From the NCBI GenBank assembly GCA_964016885.1, contig OZ024740.1, forward strand, positions 342,426,001 through 342,490,000: a stretch of 64,000 nt of DNA, read 5' to 3'. This DNA comes from Eledone cirrhosa. Taxonomy: Eukaryota. Below, in pieces: positions 1 to 12,439 of this stretch. Every line of letters starts with the position of its first letter. Position 1 is the stretch's first letter. Made by a program: the position numbers and the translations under genes. Below the pieces are notes generated by a model. That model searched no databases. It was not told the origin of the DNA and saw only the letters and a list, made by a program, of their open reading frames with translations.

Positions 1-2111
1 TGTCTCTTACAATATGCAGGGATACAGTGTACCTATTTTAAAAACTGGGGTACACCAGCTTATAAATTAAAAAGTTAGTTATATGACTAAACTCTCTCTA
101 AATTCTTGATTATTTTCAAAATGAAGTGAAAATTATTGTATTTCATTGTATTTCATTAAAGATATGGCAATGAAAAGGTTAAGCCAACATCATGTCCTCT
201 GTCTTTTATTGACTTTTTATATAAACCACAATATTTAGTTTGAACTTTATTTAATGATATCCTGTTGTATAGATTGAGAGTATGTTGCCATTCAGCAGTT
301 TTTGTTGTAAAACTATTCTCCTTTGGCTTTTTATTTGAAAATATTTCAGCTTGACTAACAGAGAAAAATAAACAGGGTGATTTTGTTTTATTGTTCTTTA
401 TAAAGCAGCTAGTTACAGCAGGGGAGGAGAGATCTTGATAAGAGCTGACAGACTAACTGTATAAGAAAGACAAACTTTGAAAAGATCTCAGAGGAAATCT
501 GTTTTGTAACATAGAGAAGACTTTAGAATGAAATAACACAACAGTCTTCTTTAATGTTAGTTGGGCTGTTATATTTCCATGAGATTGTATCAATTCTTAA
601 AGAAAATAATAGTATTTTATCAAAATAACTGGCAGATTTAACTGGTATAAGAAAGTAAATTGTTTTAGGTTCAGTTGATTTATATGTAATTTTATTTTTG
701 TTATCATGGGCTCAACTGAGAGATAATTATGTAATTATAGGTTTATTTACAAATGCTGCAACACGTCTGATAGTGTTGTTATTGTTGTTACTGAGTTGTA
801 GTGCTGTGATGTTAGTCTTCTTCTTTTGAAGACCAGTTACATAAAAACATTCAAATGAAGTATTTAATTAGGAGTGTTTAGGTTTTGGTTAAACGTCAAT
901 GCTTTTGATTTTTCTCTGTTTAGTCAGAGAGAAGAACAATGCTAATGTCCCTTTCAGAGTCTCTGAGACTGGTAGCAGGGAGAAATAACGGTATCCTCAA
1001 ACCAGATACCTGATCAAAATGCTTGCAACAAAGTGGACTCCACTAAAAGCAGCCAGAAGTCAGGTGGTAGTGCTGAGCAAAGTAACAGATTAAGTCTTAC
1101 ATCCAAGTCAGCTTCATCAGAATTTGGACTCAGAATGCAAAGATAGAATATTGCAAAACATTTCATCCATCACTAACAATTCAACTAATCCACTGCACTG
1201 GGCTGCTACTTTTTTTTATTGACCCCAAAGGGGCAACAGGAAAAGCTGATCTCAACAGGATTGAAATTCGAATCACAGACAGCTGGAACTGATGCCAAAA
1301 GGCATTTTGTTCAACACTATAAATCTGCCAATTTTCTGCCTAATGCCAAGATCATTACTTTAATTGTGATAATCATATCTTCATAACAGAACTGTCTGTC
1401 ATAAAATGTTCAGCTTGAAACATAGTCTTAATTGTAAAGTTGGTAGGGAGCTTGTTTAGCTCTTTTGTTACCATATTTCTAACAATTTAAAAAAATTGTT
1501 TCGAAAATAATAACTAAATTTCTCATTATTAAGCTATTATTTGGAACATAAATTAACAAAGTTTTTTTACATAAAATTATGATGGAAGGTTTTAGATAAA
1601 TATAAGCACCTTTGTATCATATAATATGGAGCAGTTTGAGGTATTTTGGTATCAAAAGGTTTATGAGATTTGGCTACTATGTTAATGAGGTGGAATGACT
1701 GCATAGAAGCTCCATATGATAAGTACTTGATTATTCTAGTTATAAATTGGAGACTAGATTAATATAACAATGACATCAATCTCAGATTGCTTTTAATTAT
1801 AATTGAAAATAGTATGTACAAATCCAAAATCAGCAATTTTATCTCCTGAAATTTACTTCAGGTAGTAAAATGAGGTAAATTTATTTTAGGTTTGGAACAC
1901 CTGTCTTAGTGTAACTATTCTTATTTTATTTGTTGAAAGATCATTCTCATCTTTAGCTCATGATAATGAAAGTCTGCTACAACTACATATATTTACAGGT
2001 GTTTTTTATCTTAAAGAAAAAGAAAAAAGGCAAATTGGAAAAATCATTAAAATAAATTAACCTCTCGCTCCATCACCTGAATTGATATGAATTTCTTTTA
2101 TATATTTGCAG

Positions 2112-2345
2112 AAGAAACAATAAGAATGACATATTGTCCTCAAGATATAAACATGACTGTAGAATACCAAGTTCCAGTCACCTGGCAAAGTCCAGTATTT
2201 CTAGACAAGGACAATAAACCAGTTGAATACTACTGCTCCCATCCAAATGGTTCTAAGTTTCTTGTAGGCCGCTACAACAATATCTGTGCACCTGTTAAAG
2301 ATTATGGACAGAGTATTAAATGTATATTTTCAATTACTTTAGAAA
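2112..2345 (+). CDS. SVEP1: SVEP1/polydom-like exon, HYR-like domain
   Basis: ttgcAG acceptor and GTgagt donor, phase 1/1. Peptide EETIRMTYCPQDINMT...VTWQSPVFLD...CSHPNGSKF.VG...KDYGQSIKCIFSITLE resembles HYR. Symbol rests on overall domain order. Confidence 0.75.
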
Positions 2346-3569
2346 GTGAGTATTGTGTTAATATAAAGATCAATTTATTTTGTAGATCATTGTTATCATT
2401 ATTATCATCATCATTATCATCATCTTTGTTATTATCATCTTCATTATTTACCACTAACACAACCACCACTGCTGTTGCCAGCCCCACTGCCACAACCACA
2501 ACTTCACTGCTGCCATCATCACCAAAATTATCACCAGCATCATTGTCATCATCATTTTATATCTGTTTTTATTTCTTTTTCATGCTTGCAAGAGTTTGGT
2601 GGGAGTTTTTCTTGCAAAGTGTTCTCTCCTCTCTTGTGGTCTGTTGTCATCATATTTGTGAGGTTTAGCCTTCTGAGGTCAGCCTTCCACACTTCTTTCT
2701 ATGTCTTCCATGGTCACCATGGATATAAGCTAGTCAACTGCATGTATGTAATCTTATGCTATCAAGATTTGTGGCATCTAATTATTACTATAGTTTTTTA
2801 TCTAAAAGATCAACTTCTTTTGTAGCAAATCACCATCACCCTTATCATTATTCAGTTTTTTTTTTCATTCTTGCATGAGTTGGATGAGTCTTTTCTAGCA
2901 GAGCCTCACACCACTTATCGTGAATCTTCATCATCTTCATTGTGAGATTCAGTCTCCTAAGATCTTCCTCCTTAGATCAGTCATCCATGGTCTTTCTCTT
3001 CTGTAGATTCCTTCCACTTGGCTTGCTTGGCACATATTCACCTAACAGTCATCCTTCATAAACATCTCACTGTAGTCTTCTTTCTTGCACTCTACTTTTG
3101 ATTTTCCTTATAACCAGTTCATTTATACTCCATCATTCATGCACACTATCATTATGGTTCCAATATTCTGATATATTTGTCTATACCCATAGACTAAAAT
3201 TGTATGTCTATTTGACTTAGTTGGCATCCCAGAAATCTGATCTCAAATCAGCTCTTATCTTATCTACCTTCCCAGTATCTCTATAAGAATTCCATTTGAC
3301 TCTCCTGTTAATCTTTCCAAATACTACTGGTCAGTTTATTTTCACAATAGATAACATAATGATCCAATAAATAGAGATCAATAAATAAAAACTAGTGTCA
3401 GAGGCAGACTGGCTTTATAGGCTGGGTAAAAATAAAAATATATATAATTGCTAACTGTACTGTGAAAACATATCTTTGACCTTCAGCAGCCAGTTAGTGT
3501 TGCTCAGGTATCTGGGCTGGTTTTAAGACCATGTCTGCTTCAGAGTGGTGCTGATTTGAATGATAATGA

Positions 3570-4135
3570 AAATTATTGTGTACAGTGCTCAGGTGCACTA
3601 CAATTTATCAAAGGTATGTGTATAATACATAGAATAATTTGTTTTTACTTTTGACCAGCAATTATCCCAATGCATTACTGATGCTTTATTTTATCGACCC
3701 CATAAGGATGAAAGGCAAAGTTAACCTCGGCAGGGTTTGAACTCAGACTGTAAAGGGACGTAACTCCATGCTGCAAAGTATAATGTACAAATGCCAGGAA
3801 AGTGAACAGTGTAAGAGTCATGATATGCACACAGATACATACGTGCATATGTATGGAGAGGTAATATCAGGTGTAGTGTTGGCAAATTTCAGGAAGCATG
3901 GACGTTTTGAAGGATGCCGTGTCCCATCGGCTAACAACCGATACAGGTAGTTTGTTCCATGCTTCAGCAACTCTGAGCATGAAAAATGTTTCCGAAAGTC
4001 ATGCGAGTTGTACTGTTTTCTGATTTTGTAAGCATGTCCATGGGTGTTAGACACATGGAATTCAAAAAGGTACTCAGGTTTGTTGTTGGCAAGATGATTA
4101 ATAATTTTGAGGGTGTTTACCAAGTATTTTGTGGG
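3570..4135 (-). mobile_element. CR1/L2-like LINE 3' fragment with a nested SINE piece (about 3650-3780)
   Basis: Peptide THGHAYKIRKQYNSHDFRKHF; homologous to 52760-53600, 48900-49260 and 50085-50350. Confidence 0.7.
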
Positions 4136-4295
4136 TCTCTACTGAAATCTTTGAGTGTGTTGCCCACTCTTGAAGTTCCATACTTCATCATTTCTGATGT
4201 GCAAGGGCCATCGGGATGTAAAATACAGCCCTTTCTCTTCACATGTAACACGAATGAAAAAATGCAAACGGTTATATCTTTATTTTGTTTTTCAG

Positions 4296-4484
4296 GAAAA
4301 AGCTGTGAAAAACCACTACCACCTAAAAATGGTGGCCTTACTTGTCATAGTATGAGTTCACAATATCTACAAATATGTTTGGCACAGTGTAGTAAAGAGT
4401 TTGATTTTGTTGAGATGCCCAGGGAGCAATATTACTGTCTCCTTGACGGTAATTGGTCCACAGAATTATGGCCAGATTGCTCAT
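4296..4484 (+). CDS. SVEP1: SVEP1-like exon, sushi/CCP domain
   Basis: ttttcAG...GTaagt, phase 1/1; KSCEKPLPPKNGGLTC...CLAQCSKEFDF...YYCLLDGNWSTELWPDCS. Confidence 0.85.
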
Positions 4485-4564
4485 GTAAGTAGATGCCATT
4501 TTATTTTTAAATGTCTCTCTTTTTCTCCCTCTCCACAATTAATCTTATGAATAAATAGAATGCA

Positions 4565-4600
<36 letters not shown>

Positions 4601-4974
4601 TATATATATGTATATATGCATGTAAGTATGTGTGTCTAGAAGACTCTTTTCATTGCTTACTGGTTAGACAATGGAAGGAGACATCTATACACACTGAACT
4701 GAATTATTTTCTCTGCTTCTAACTTGATATCGAACATCGAACATCGTCGTCGTTGTCATAATCATCATCATCATCAGTTGTCGTCGTTGTCGTCGTCATC
4801 GTCATCATCATCATCATTATCATCCTTGTTTTAAGTCCACTTTTTTATGATAGCATGGGTTGGATGGCACTTATTGAGGTAGTTTATATTTTCTATTGAC
4901 ACAACCAAATGCCAACCTATACTTTGTTTATAAGTATGGTATAAATTGCATTTGTTCATTGAACCCCTAAACAT

Positions 4975-5290
4975 CATCATCATCATCAGGTCGAGCTTGC
5001 TCGGCTTTCTACGACATGTTTCCTCCATCCATCTCTGTCTTTCATAGCATTTGCCAGTTCTTCCGCAGTGCATCCAGTATCGTCCTCAAGTTGCTTGACA
5101 TATGTCTTCTTGGGACGACCAGCGTTTCTTGCTCCATAAAATGGACTCCATAACAACACATCACCTGCTATTTCTTCCTTGCAGCGCCAACAGTGGCCAG
5201 CAAATCTGAGTCTCTGTACACGTATTGACCTGCTGATAGGTGGTATATTGCCATAGAGATCCTTATTTGTTGGGTGTTCCCTCCAAGATA
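4975..5290 (-). mobile_element. RTE-clade LINE 3' fragment with (tga)n tail
   Basis: Minus strand encodes RLRFAGHCWR..EEIAGDVLLW...GRPKKTY; (cat)n tract at the 3' end. Confidence 0.7.
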
Positions 5291-6197
5291 TTGCTTACAG
5301 GGGACATGAACAAAAAACATTGCTTGCTTTTAAGTATTGTCAATAAGAAGAGGCCTGTGGTAAATTAATATGCATGCGCATACACTAACAACAACATCAA
5401 GTTGTTTGAGGCCATTTCAATAAGAAGGTAATTTGCTGGCATCTATTTCTTTTCTAAGTATAATTGGTCACTGACATGCCAGTGAGAGGTTCATCCACAA
5501 GTTTTATTTTTAATCCTGCTGGGTGCCCAGACATTCCCCTCACTCAGTAAACTGGGGGAGATTGATGGTTGAGTTACTGGTCACCCAACCATCATACACA
5601 CTAATATTGAAAACAAAAACTAAATAGACAGCTCACACCTATGTAGGTTTGGCTGGCCTTCTATAAGGGCACATCTCATAGGAGATATTACAGTGTTTTA
5701 ATGATAAGGGACTCAGTCCTATCATGAAATGCAATGAAAAATGAAGCGTTTTGCTCAAGAATATAACAGCCCACTTAAGGAATTGTATCCCTGACCATAT
5801 GATTGTGAGTTCAACACCCTAACCACTAGGCCATGCACCTATTTCATTTTATGTTGTTATTCTGCATGCTGTTATTTGTAGGGAAAGTTTAAGAAGGTGT
5901 GTCACTCATTAACAGTTAATGGGGAAAGAACCTACCTCTATCATCATCATCATTCTTTTGTCTTCTGTCTATTCTGGCACAGGTTGGATGGCTGCTTATT
6001 GTGATTACTTTAGGATGGAGGCTTTTAGATAAAAATAACTGGCTGATAACATTAAGCAAAGAATGAAGCACCAACAATATACAGAGATTGAGTTAATCAA
6101 TTATATCTTTCTACTCCACAAAATTTGTTGCTATGTGGCAATTTTAGAAATTATTACTAATTTAGTTTCTTTTTTTTACTTTGAATTTTTTTCACAG

Positions 6198-6713
6198 CGG
6201 TTCACATTCCTGGTGCCGCTGCCATGCAGGGAATGATGGAATACTATTATTTCACTGGTGATTGTATTAAGGCTCATGACCAAATTCGTCGCATGTTCCG
6301 CGAGAAGTTTGATGATCATTTTAGCAAATACTGTAAAAAAGCAGAGTGCCATGTGGAGGATATTGAAGTAATATGTTCTGAAATTCAACAGCGCAAAAGA
6401 AGAGACACAAAAAATACAATGAAATCTAGGTTTTCTAAACGTGATGTTCAACAAAGCTTAAAGATACGATTTAAAATTGTAAGTTCAATACAGAATAAAA
6501 AAATTACAAAAAATGAACAGTTTCTTTTGCGAAGAATTCTTGGACAAATAAACTATAACATAAAAACAAATGGTATGAACATAACAACCAATGACAGTAA
6601 TCTCATTGGTAATTTAAGTTTCAAGAACTATACCTCTGGAAGTATTGAAATTGAGGCACACTGTGAAGACAAAAATATGATAACTGTAAAGTCTGTTTCA
6701 GAAATAAAGTGTG
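6198..6713 (+). CDS. SVEP1: SVEP1-like exon, linker region with RKRR furin-type site
   Basis: ttcacAG...GTaagt, phase 1/1; open frame with YYFTGDC...CKKAECHVEDIEVICSEIQQRKRRD. Confidence 0.8.
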
Positions 6714-7071
6714 GTAAGTATTACTTGGTTTTCTTTTATTCATTCTTCATTACTTATCATCATCATCGTTTAATGTCCATTTTCATTATATTTTCACAGT
6801 AAAGGCTTTACTTCACATAATTATCTCACATAATATCGAATCTATGAGATTTTTATGTTATTTATTTTGAGAACAATACCTTAACATAAGTATGAACAGA
6901 AAGAGGTGAGAGAATTCCAGCCAGATACGGCCAGTTTAAATGCTAAAGGGTTAAGGGAAGAAGATTAGCAACATTTTTAAAGCTTCAGACAGGATGTGTC
7001 TCTGCCAGCTTTGTGCTTTTCCAAGTTCAAATCCCACTTCCTGTCACTAGGTAAAAATAAATATATATATG

Positions 7072-7402
7072 GAGGCACATGGCTTAGTGGTTAGAGCATT
7101 GGCCTTGCAATCGAAAGGTTGTGAGTTCAATTCTCAGACCGAGTGATGTGTTGTTTCCTTGAGCAAGACACTTTATTTCATGTTGCTCCAGTTTACTCAG
7201 CTGTAGAAATGAGATGATAGGGACTGGGTTTCCTATCATTCCACTGCAAAGTGGTCGTGGAGGTGCCACGACAAAAAGCACCCAGCACTCACTGTAAATG
7301 AGGTTGCTGTTAGGAAGGGCATCCAGCTGTAGAAATCAAGCCAAAATCAGTTCCCGTCCCACCCTTGCAAGCAGGGAAAAGCGGACGTAAAATGATGATG
7401 AT
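7072..7402 (+). mobile_element. tRNA-derived SINE with RTE-like tail
   Basis: A-box (tggcttagtggttagagc) and B-box (gagttcaattctc), central ttgagcaagacacttt motif, ends in (tga)n; near-identical copies at 32885-33208 and 52865-53201. Confidence 0.85.
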
Positions 7403-8073
7403 ATAAAAAAGACATGACACTTGTGCCAGGAGCTAAAGCTGATAGATAGTATCAGCAATGGAAAGAAACCAATTGAAACATAGTTTCTTTGGTTCATTTA
7501 GATGGTTAGTGATCTTCTCATTGATCATTGTTATTAATATGTCTTAAAGGAGTATATTTTAAAGAACATATTTTTCCCTAGAAAACACTTAATACCTTTG
7601 ATACCAAACTGATTGAAACCATCCCAGGTTCTATAAAAAAAAATGTTTATTTAAAAACTTTTATATCTATCTAAAAAGTTACCACCATAATTTTATGTTA
7701 GAACCATTGTTAAGTTATATTCCAAACACCAACTTAAGAATGAGAAAGTTAGTTATATTACTGAATCCTTCCAAATTCTTTATGATTTTCAAAAATTATT
7801 TGAAAATTATAGGTAGCGTATTTCATTAGAAATATAGTAACAAAATATTTAAAATCCTATATTTCTAATGAAATACATTGCCTATAGTTTTCAAAATTAT
7901 TTGAAAATTATTGGCAGTGTATTTCATTAGTAATATAGTAACAAAAGGTTTAAAATCCTATATATTCTATTGTTATCAATAACTCCATGATTCTTTAATG
8001 CAACCTCAATACTATTAGATGACATTTCAATGCTGTCATATGACTAAGATCATGCTGTATACTACCATTGCAG

Positions 8074-8229
8074 TGAATTGTCCTGTTGGCTACTTCTACA
8101 GAAACAATAGTTGTATACCATGTCCCATTGGAGAATATCAAGAGTTAGAAGGACAGCTAAGTTGTATTAAATGTCCTCCAGGATCCAGTACAATATCAGC
8201 GAAGTCCAAAAATAGAACTGATTGCCGAG
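8074..8229 (+). CDS. SVEP1: SVEP1-like exon, ephrin-receptor-like (GCC2/GCC3) Cys repeat 1
   Basis: ttgcAG...GTaagt; VNCPVGYFY...CIPCPIGEYQELEGQLSCIKCPPGSST. Confidence 0.9.
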
Positions 8230-8279
8230 GTAAGTCTTTGAGTAATTTATACATATGGATATGTCTATATGTACATGTA

Positions 8280-8400
8280 TATCATTAAGGTACATGTTTC
8301 CATGTGTATGTATGTCATTGAGGTACATGTTTCCATGTGTATGTATGTCATTGAGGTACATGTTTCCATGTGTATGTGTGTATGTGTATCATTGAGGTAC
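8280..8400. repeat. short tandem repeat of about 33 bp (tcattgaggtacatgtttccatgtgtatgtatg)
   Basis: 3-4 copies visible. Confidence 0.8.
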
Positions 8401-8466
8401 AAGTTTCCATATGTATATGAGTATCATGTGTTCATATGCATATGTATATCATTATAGTATGTGTCC

Positions 8467-8500
<34 letters not shown>

Positions 8501-8617
8501 ATCATTATGGCAGATATGTCTATATGTACATATATATATCTCATTGTGGTATATATATATATATATCCGTATGTAGAATATACCCGTATGTAAGCGGATG
8601 TAAAATGCTAATGATGA

Positions 8618-8692
<75 letters not shown>

Positions 8693-9764
8693 ACTATGCA
8701 TCGAGTGCTCACTCGATTAACCATCACATCATTGAACCCTTTTAATGATTGGTCTTCTGTGACCTAGGGCTAAAGAACAACATATGTACATGCATACATA
8801 AGCACATGAATGCATAAAGACAGCTACACATAAGCAGAATGGTGAATGTGTAGAATGTTAAACTATTGGTTCATTGATGATGAGTTCAAACTATATAAGA
8901 TCTCCTGATCTTAACCCCACACTTTATCCCAATTTCAAATTTGTCAATCATTCTGTATATTATCTCCCCCTTTTTACCACAGTCCAGCATGTTTCACTTT
9001 GTAACCTCTCCTTCCTTTGCTCTTCACTATTTTCTCCTCTCTTATTCTTCACTATTTCTTTTTTGTTTGTCTCTTATTACCCCACCCTCTATCTATCTAT
9101 CTTTGTCTCATCGTCATCATCATCAGTTAACAGCCATTTTCCATGCTAGTATTATAAATATATATATATATATATATATATCACGATAAATTAACGGAGC
9201 CATAGACTCTCGTTATTCCCTGTCATTAATGTGCTCAAAGGAGAAGGAATCCTGAGCTCTTTATAATACAATATGTTGAAAAGGTAACACATGTTAGATA
9301 CATGTTAGATAGTTATCGAGGTATGTATTTACACTTTAATTTATACTTTTAATTATCGTGTGTCTACTCTGCCTTCCATGGGTTATAGATTCCATATACT
9401 GGTGGTTTTTCCCTGTTTTATTGATAGCGCACTATCTCTCTCTCTGGTGTGTTACCTTTTAAACATATTGTATTATATATATATATATAAATATGATTTA
9501 TGTTAGGTTGTTTACCAATGGGTAGAACTGGTAGTTCTGGTTGGTAAACGATGATGCAACAAATTAATGAAAGCACTCAATGTTATGCAAATCATCCATT
9601 GTAGAAGTGGTATCCAGTGTTTGGTTCAGGAACGGAGTAAAGTATTCATTAAAACAACAACAGAAGTTCAGATTGGAAAATTTACTTTAGAATTTTAATT
9701 CTATGAAATCACTATACATATTTCGATGGCCCAGTTCCATCATCTGATTATGATGCAAGACAGG

Positions 9765-10310
9765 TGTCATCTCATTTAATTTGACTTTTTCCCTAATTAA
9801 TTGTGCTAAAACTCTTTCTCTCACTTTCATAACTTGGTCCATTAGTTTTATTCCCCTGTAGTTACTCCTGTCTAGAGCATCACAATTAATGAGTATGCTG
9901 CTGCACCAGCCATTGAGTATGACTCTTTCCATGCAGGTGACTAGTTCAACTCCTACTTTCCTAGATGCTTTCAGCATCTCAGTGTCTATCTTTGATGGGC
10001 CAATGGCTTTACTATTTCGAATACACTTTTCCCCAATAAGACCCTGATTGACATTGACACACTGCTTTGTAATGCAGAACACCTCATATCTCTGATCCTT
10101 ACATCACAAGACATTGGCAAATCTCCCTCTTTCAGCCTCATTTTCCTACTAGGTACTGGTCTCTGCTGCCTCCCTTTTCCATGCCTGTTTCTTGGTTTTA
10201 ATGGCTCTATTCACTGTGGTGTTCCACCTCTATGTCATCCAATGTTTGGCTGCTGCTTTGTTCCAGCTACAAGTCTCATCAGTAGTTTGTAGTAGGTTGT
10301 CACATAGGAA
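9765..10310 (-). mobile_element. degraded RTE LINE fragment
   Basis: EMLKAS...DALDRSNYRGIKLMDQVMKV, the same motifs as 12831-15267. Confidence 0.8.
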
Positions 10311-10399
10311 CTTCCTATTGTTCCCTATGTCATATGTATTTGATAAAAACAATGTTTATTCAACGAACCATATTTATAGCAATTTCTGCTTTCTTTCAG

Positions 10400-10561
10400 A
10401 ATTCTGTCGACCTGGCACTTACTCCTCCAGTAAATTTTCTCCCTGTCAATCATGTGATCTTTCCACATACCAAGAGAACTACAATGCCACATCATGTAAC
10501 AAATGTCCTGGTCTTACACTCACCACTACACTTGGATCAAGTAGTCTCTCAGCCTGCAGTA
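10400..10561 (+). CDS. SVEP1: SVEP1-like exon, ephrin-receptor-like repeat 2
   Basis: tttcAG...GTaagt; FCRPGTYSSSKFSPCQSCDLSTYQENYNATSCNKCPG. Confidence 0.9.
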
Positions 10562-10671
10562 GTAAGTAACTTCTCTCACTTGATGCAATCTTTACAACTG
10601 TAAACCATATATAACTTTCACAAAAAAAAAAAAAAAAAAAACTGAAGAATAACAGTTGAATCATCATCATT

Positions 10672-10850
10672 GGCAGTATTGGTAGAGGATTGGACGCCAT
10701 GCTTTCCAGCATAGTTACGTCCCTTTACAATCTGAGTTCAAATCCCGTCGAGGTTGACTTTGCCTTTCATCCTTACGGGGTCAATAAAATAAAGTACCAG
10801 TAATGCACTGGGTAATTGCTGGCCTTGTGCCTAAAGTAGAAACAATTATC
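10672..10850 (+). mobile_element. second SINE family (gttcaaatcccg...gactttgcctttcatcc)
   Basis: B-box-like motif; copies at about 3650-3780(-), 42425-42545(-), 45960-46125(-), and two in tandem at 49278-49675(+). Confidence 0.75.
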
Positions 10851-11148
10851 ACTGTTTAGCATCCATCTTTCCATGCCTGCATGGGTTAGACGAGTCATCC
10901 ATGCCGGGAGGCAAGTCTGACCATAGCTGGCCATGTCGCACCTTGCTCTGACAAGAACTGTAAATTTGGCCAGGTATTTTACAGCTGGATATCCTTCCTA
11001 ACACAAACCACATTTACAGAAGATATTACTTAACCTTTAACTCTACAAAATACTTCAGCAATGCTGGTATAGTCACTGCCTCCATCTCTCACTATTATAA
11101 GCAAATGGGGGCCCAGCAGACAGAATAGAGACGGTACATATATAACTT

Positions 11149-11177
11149 ACTAGCAGTGGTACCCGGCGTTGCACGGG
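11149..11177 (-). mobile_element. Helitron 3' terminus
   Basis: Minus strand cccgtgcaacgccggg hairpin followed 8 nt later by CTAG-t. Confidence 0.6.
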
Positions 11178-11565
11178 ATAAGTTATTGTGAAATATATAA
11201 CCGCCTTAGCTAAGCTTAGTATTGCCACAACCACGGCTGGCAAAGAAGTAAGGGTCTGGTGGTACGTAAGTAAGCAACACTGTAGCTTAAAATGTGAGGA
11301 AGAAGTTGTGTGCACACACATATATATATATGTGTGTGTGTACCTGTAGCATGTATGTGTATTTATATAAATATATATATATATATATATATAATTGGTG
11401 TTGGATGCTTAAAGCGTCCGTATGCGGTAGGCCATATGAGCACTCAATGCCCTTGTAGAGCAGAGTATGATATCACAGGAAAAAGAGAATCAGTGTTGCG
11501 ACGAAAGGAATTTATTGGACATATTACAATTGTTTCTTGGGCGACCAGCTCGAGGCACAATCGAT

Positions 11566-11705
11566 ATGGTGATCAAACCTGACTCTGAAATCGCGCGGTC
11601 CTCAGATACGTCTCCATTCTACGAAGCAGATTTAGGAAAATCTGCTTCGTAGAATCGAGATGTATCCGAGGACCGCGCGATTTCAGAGTCAGGTTTGATC
11701 ACCAT
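11566..11705. repeat. near-perfect hairpin with arms of about 68 bp and a 4-nt loop
   Basis: atggtgatcaaacctgactc...gcagattt agga aaatctgc...gagtcaggtttgatcaccat. Confidence 0.95.
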
Positions 11706-12439
11706 TTTTTCCTCAGTAATTCCTCAACACATAAACAAACTCTCACTCTCCTTCCTTACATATTTCCTATTTCTTCCCCTTCCTCTTCATAGACAAAAGA
11801 AATCTCTTCATCTCTTCTTTATTGATACACTTATTCTACTCTTTCTCTATCTTCCTCTTATGTTTATGTCTATCAAATAGTATTTTATCTTCCAATCAAA
11901 CAACTTAACACTAATTTAGAAATTTCTCCATCACCCAATTACATTTTACATGGATTCAAACCCTATCAAATAAACAAATAGATTATAAACATCACTGATA
12001 TATAAACAGTTGTGAGCCTCGCGAGCTGGAATGGCTCTTCCAGCACATCTCCCTCACCATCCGCCAGGGCCGCAGGTTGGCCATCTGCCAGGGCCACGGG
12101 GCAGCCTGACTGCCGCGGCCGCTAGTGCGTGGGCCCCCATTTGCTCACAATAGTAACAGATGGGGAGAGCGGGAGAGACGGAGGCAGTGACAGTGGGAGT
12201 TTGGTTCCTTTGTGTTCGGACCTGCTGTATAGGTATATGTTTCACAGACATATGTCCAGTACAAACCTAGCTTGGACGATAATTGCTGAATATTTAGTAA
12301 ACAGTTATACCATGTCTCTTATACAAACAACTTTCACATGACAGCAACTGCAATCAGATAAAGCTGACCACAGGCAAAATCTCAAAGTTACTGTCAACGT
12401 TTTCCTTGTAAATTAGAATATATATATATTATATATATC

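Noticed and set aside
7072-7145. tRNA gene
   Set aside because: A and B boxes are present but there is no proper acceptor stem; it continues into a SINE body and is multi-copy.
8411-8745. ORFs rich in YI/CV/HT/LS dipeptides (also 19787-20092, 26601-27140, 31958-32179, 39649-40030, 48442-49232)
   Set aside because: Translations of (TA)n, (CA)n and (CT)n microsatellites.
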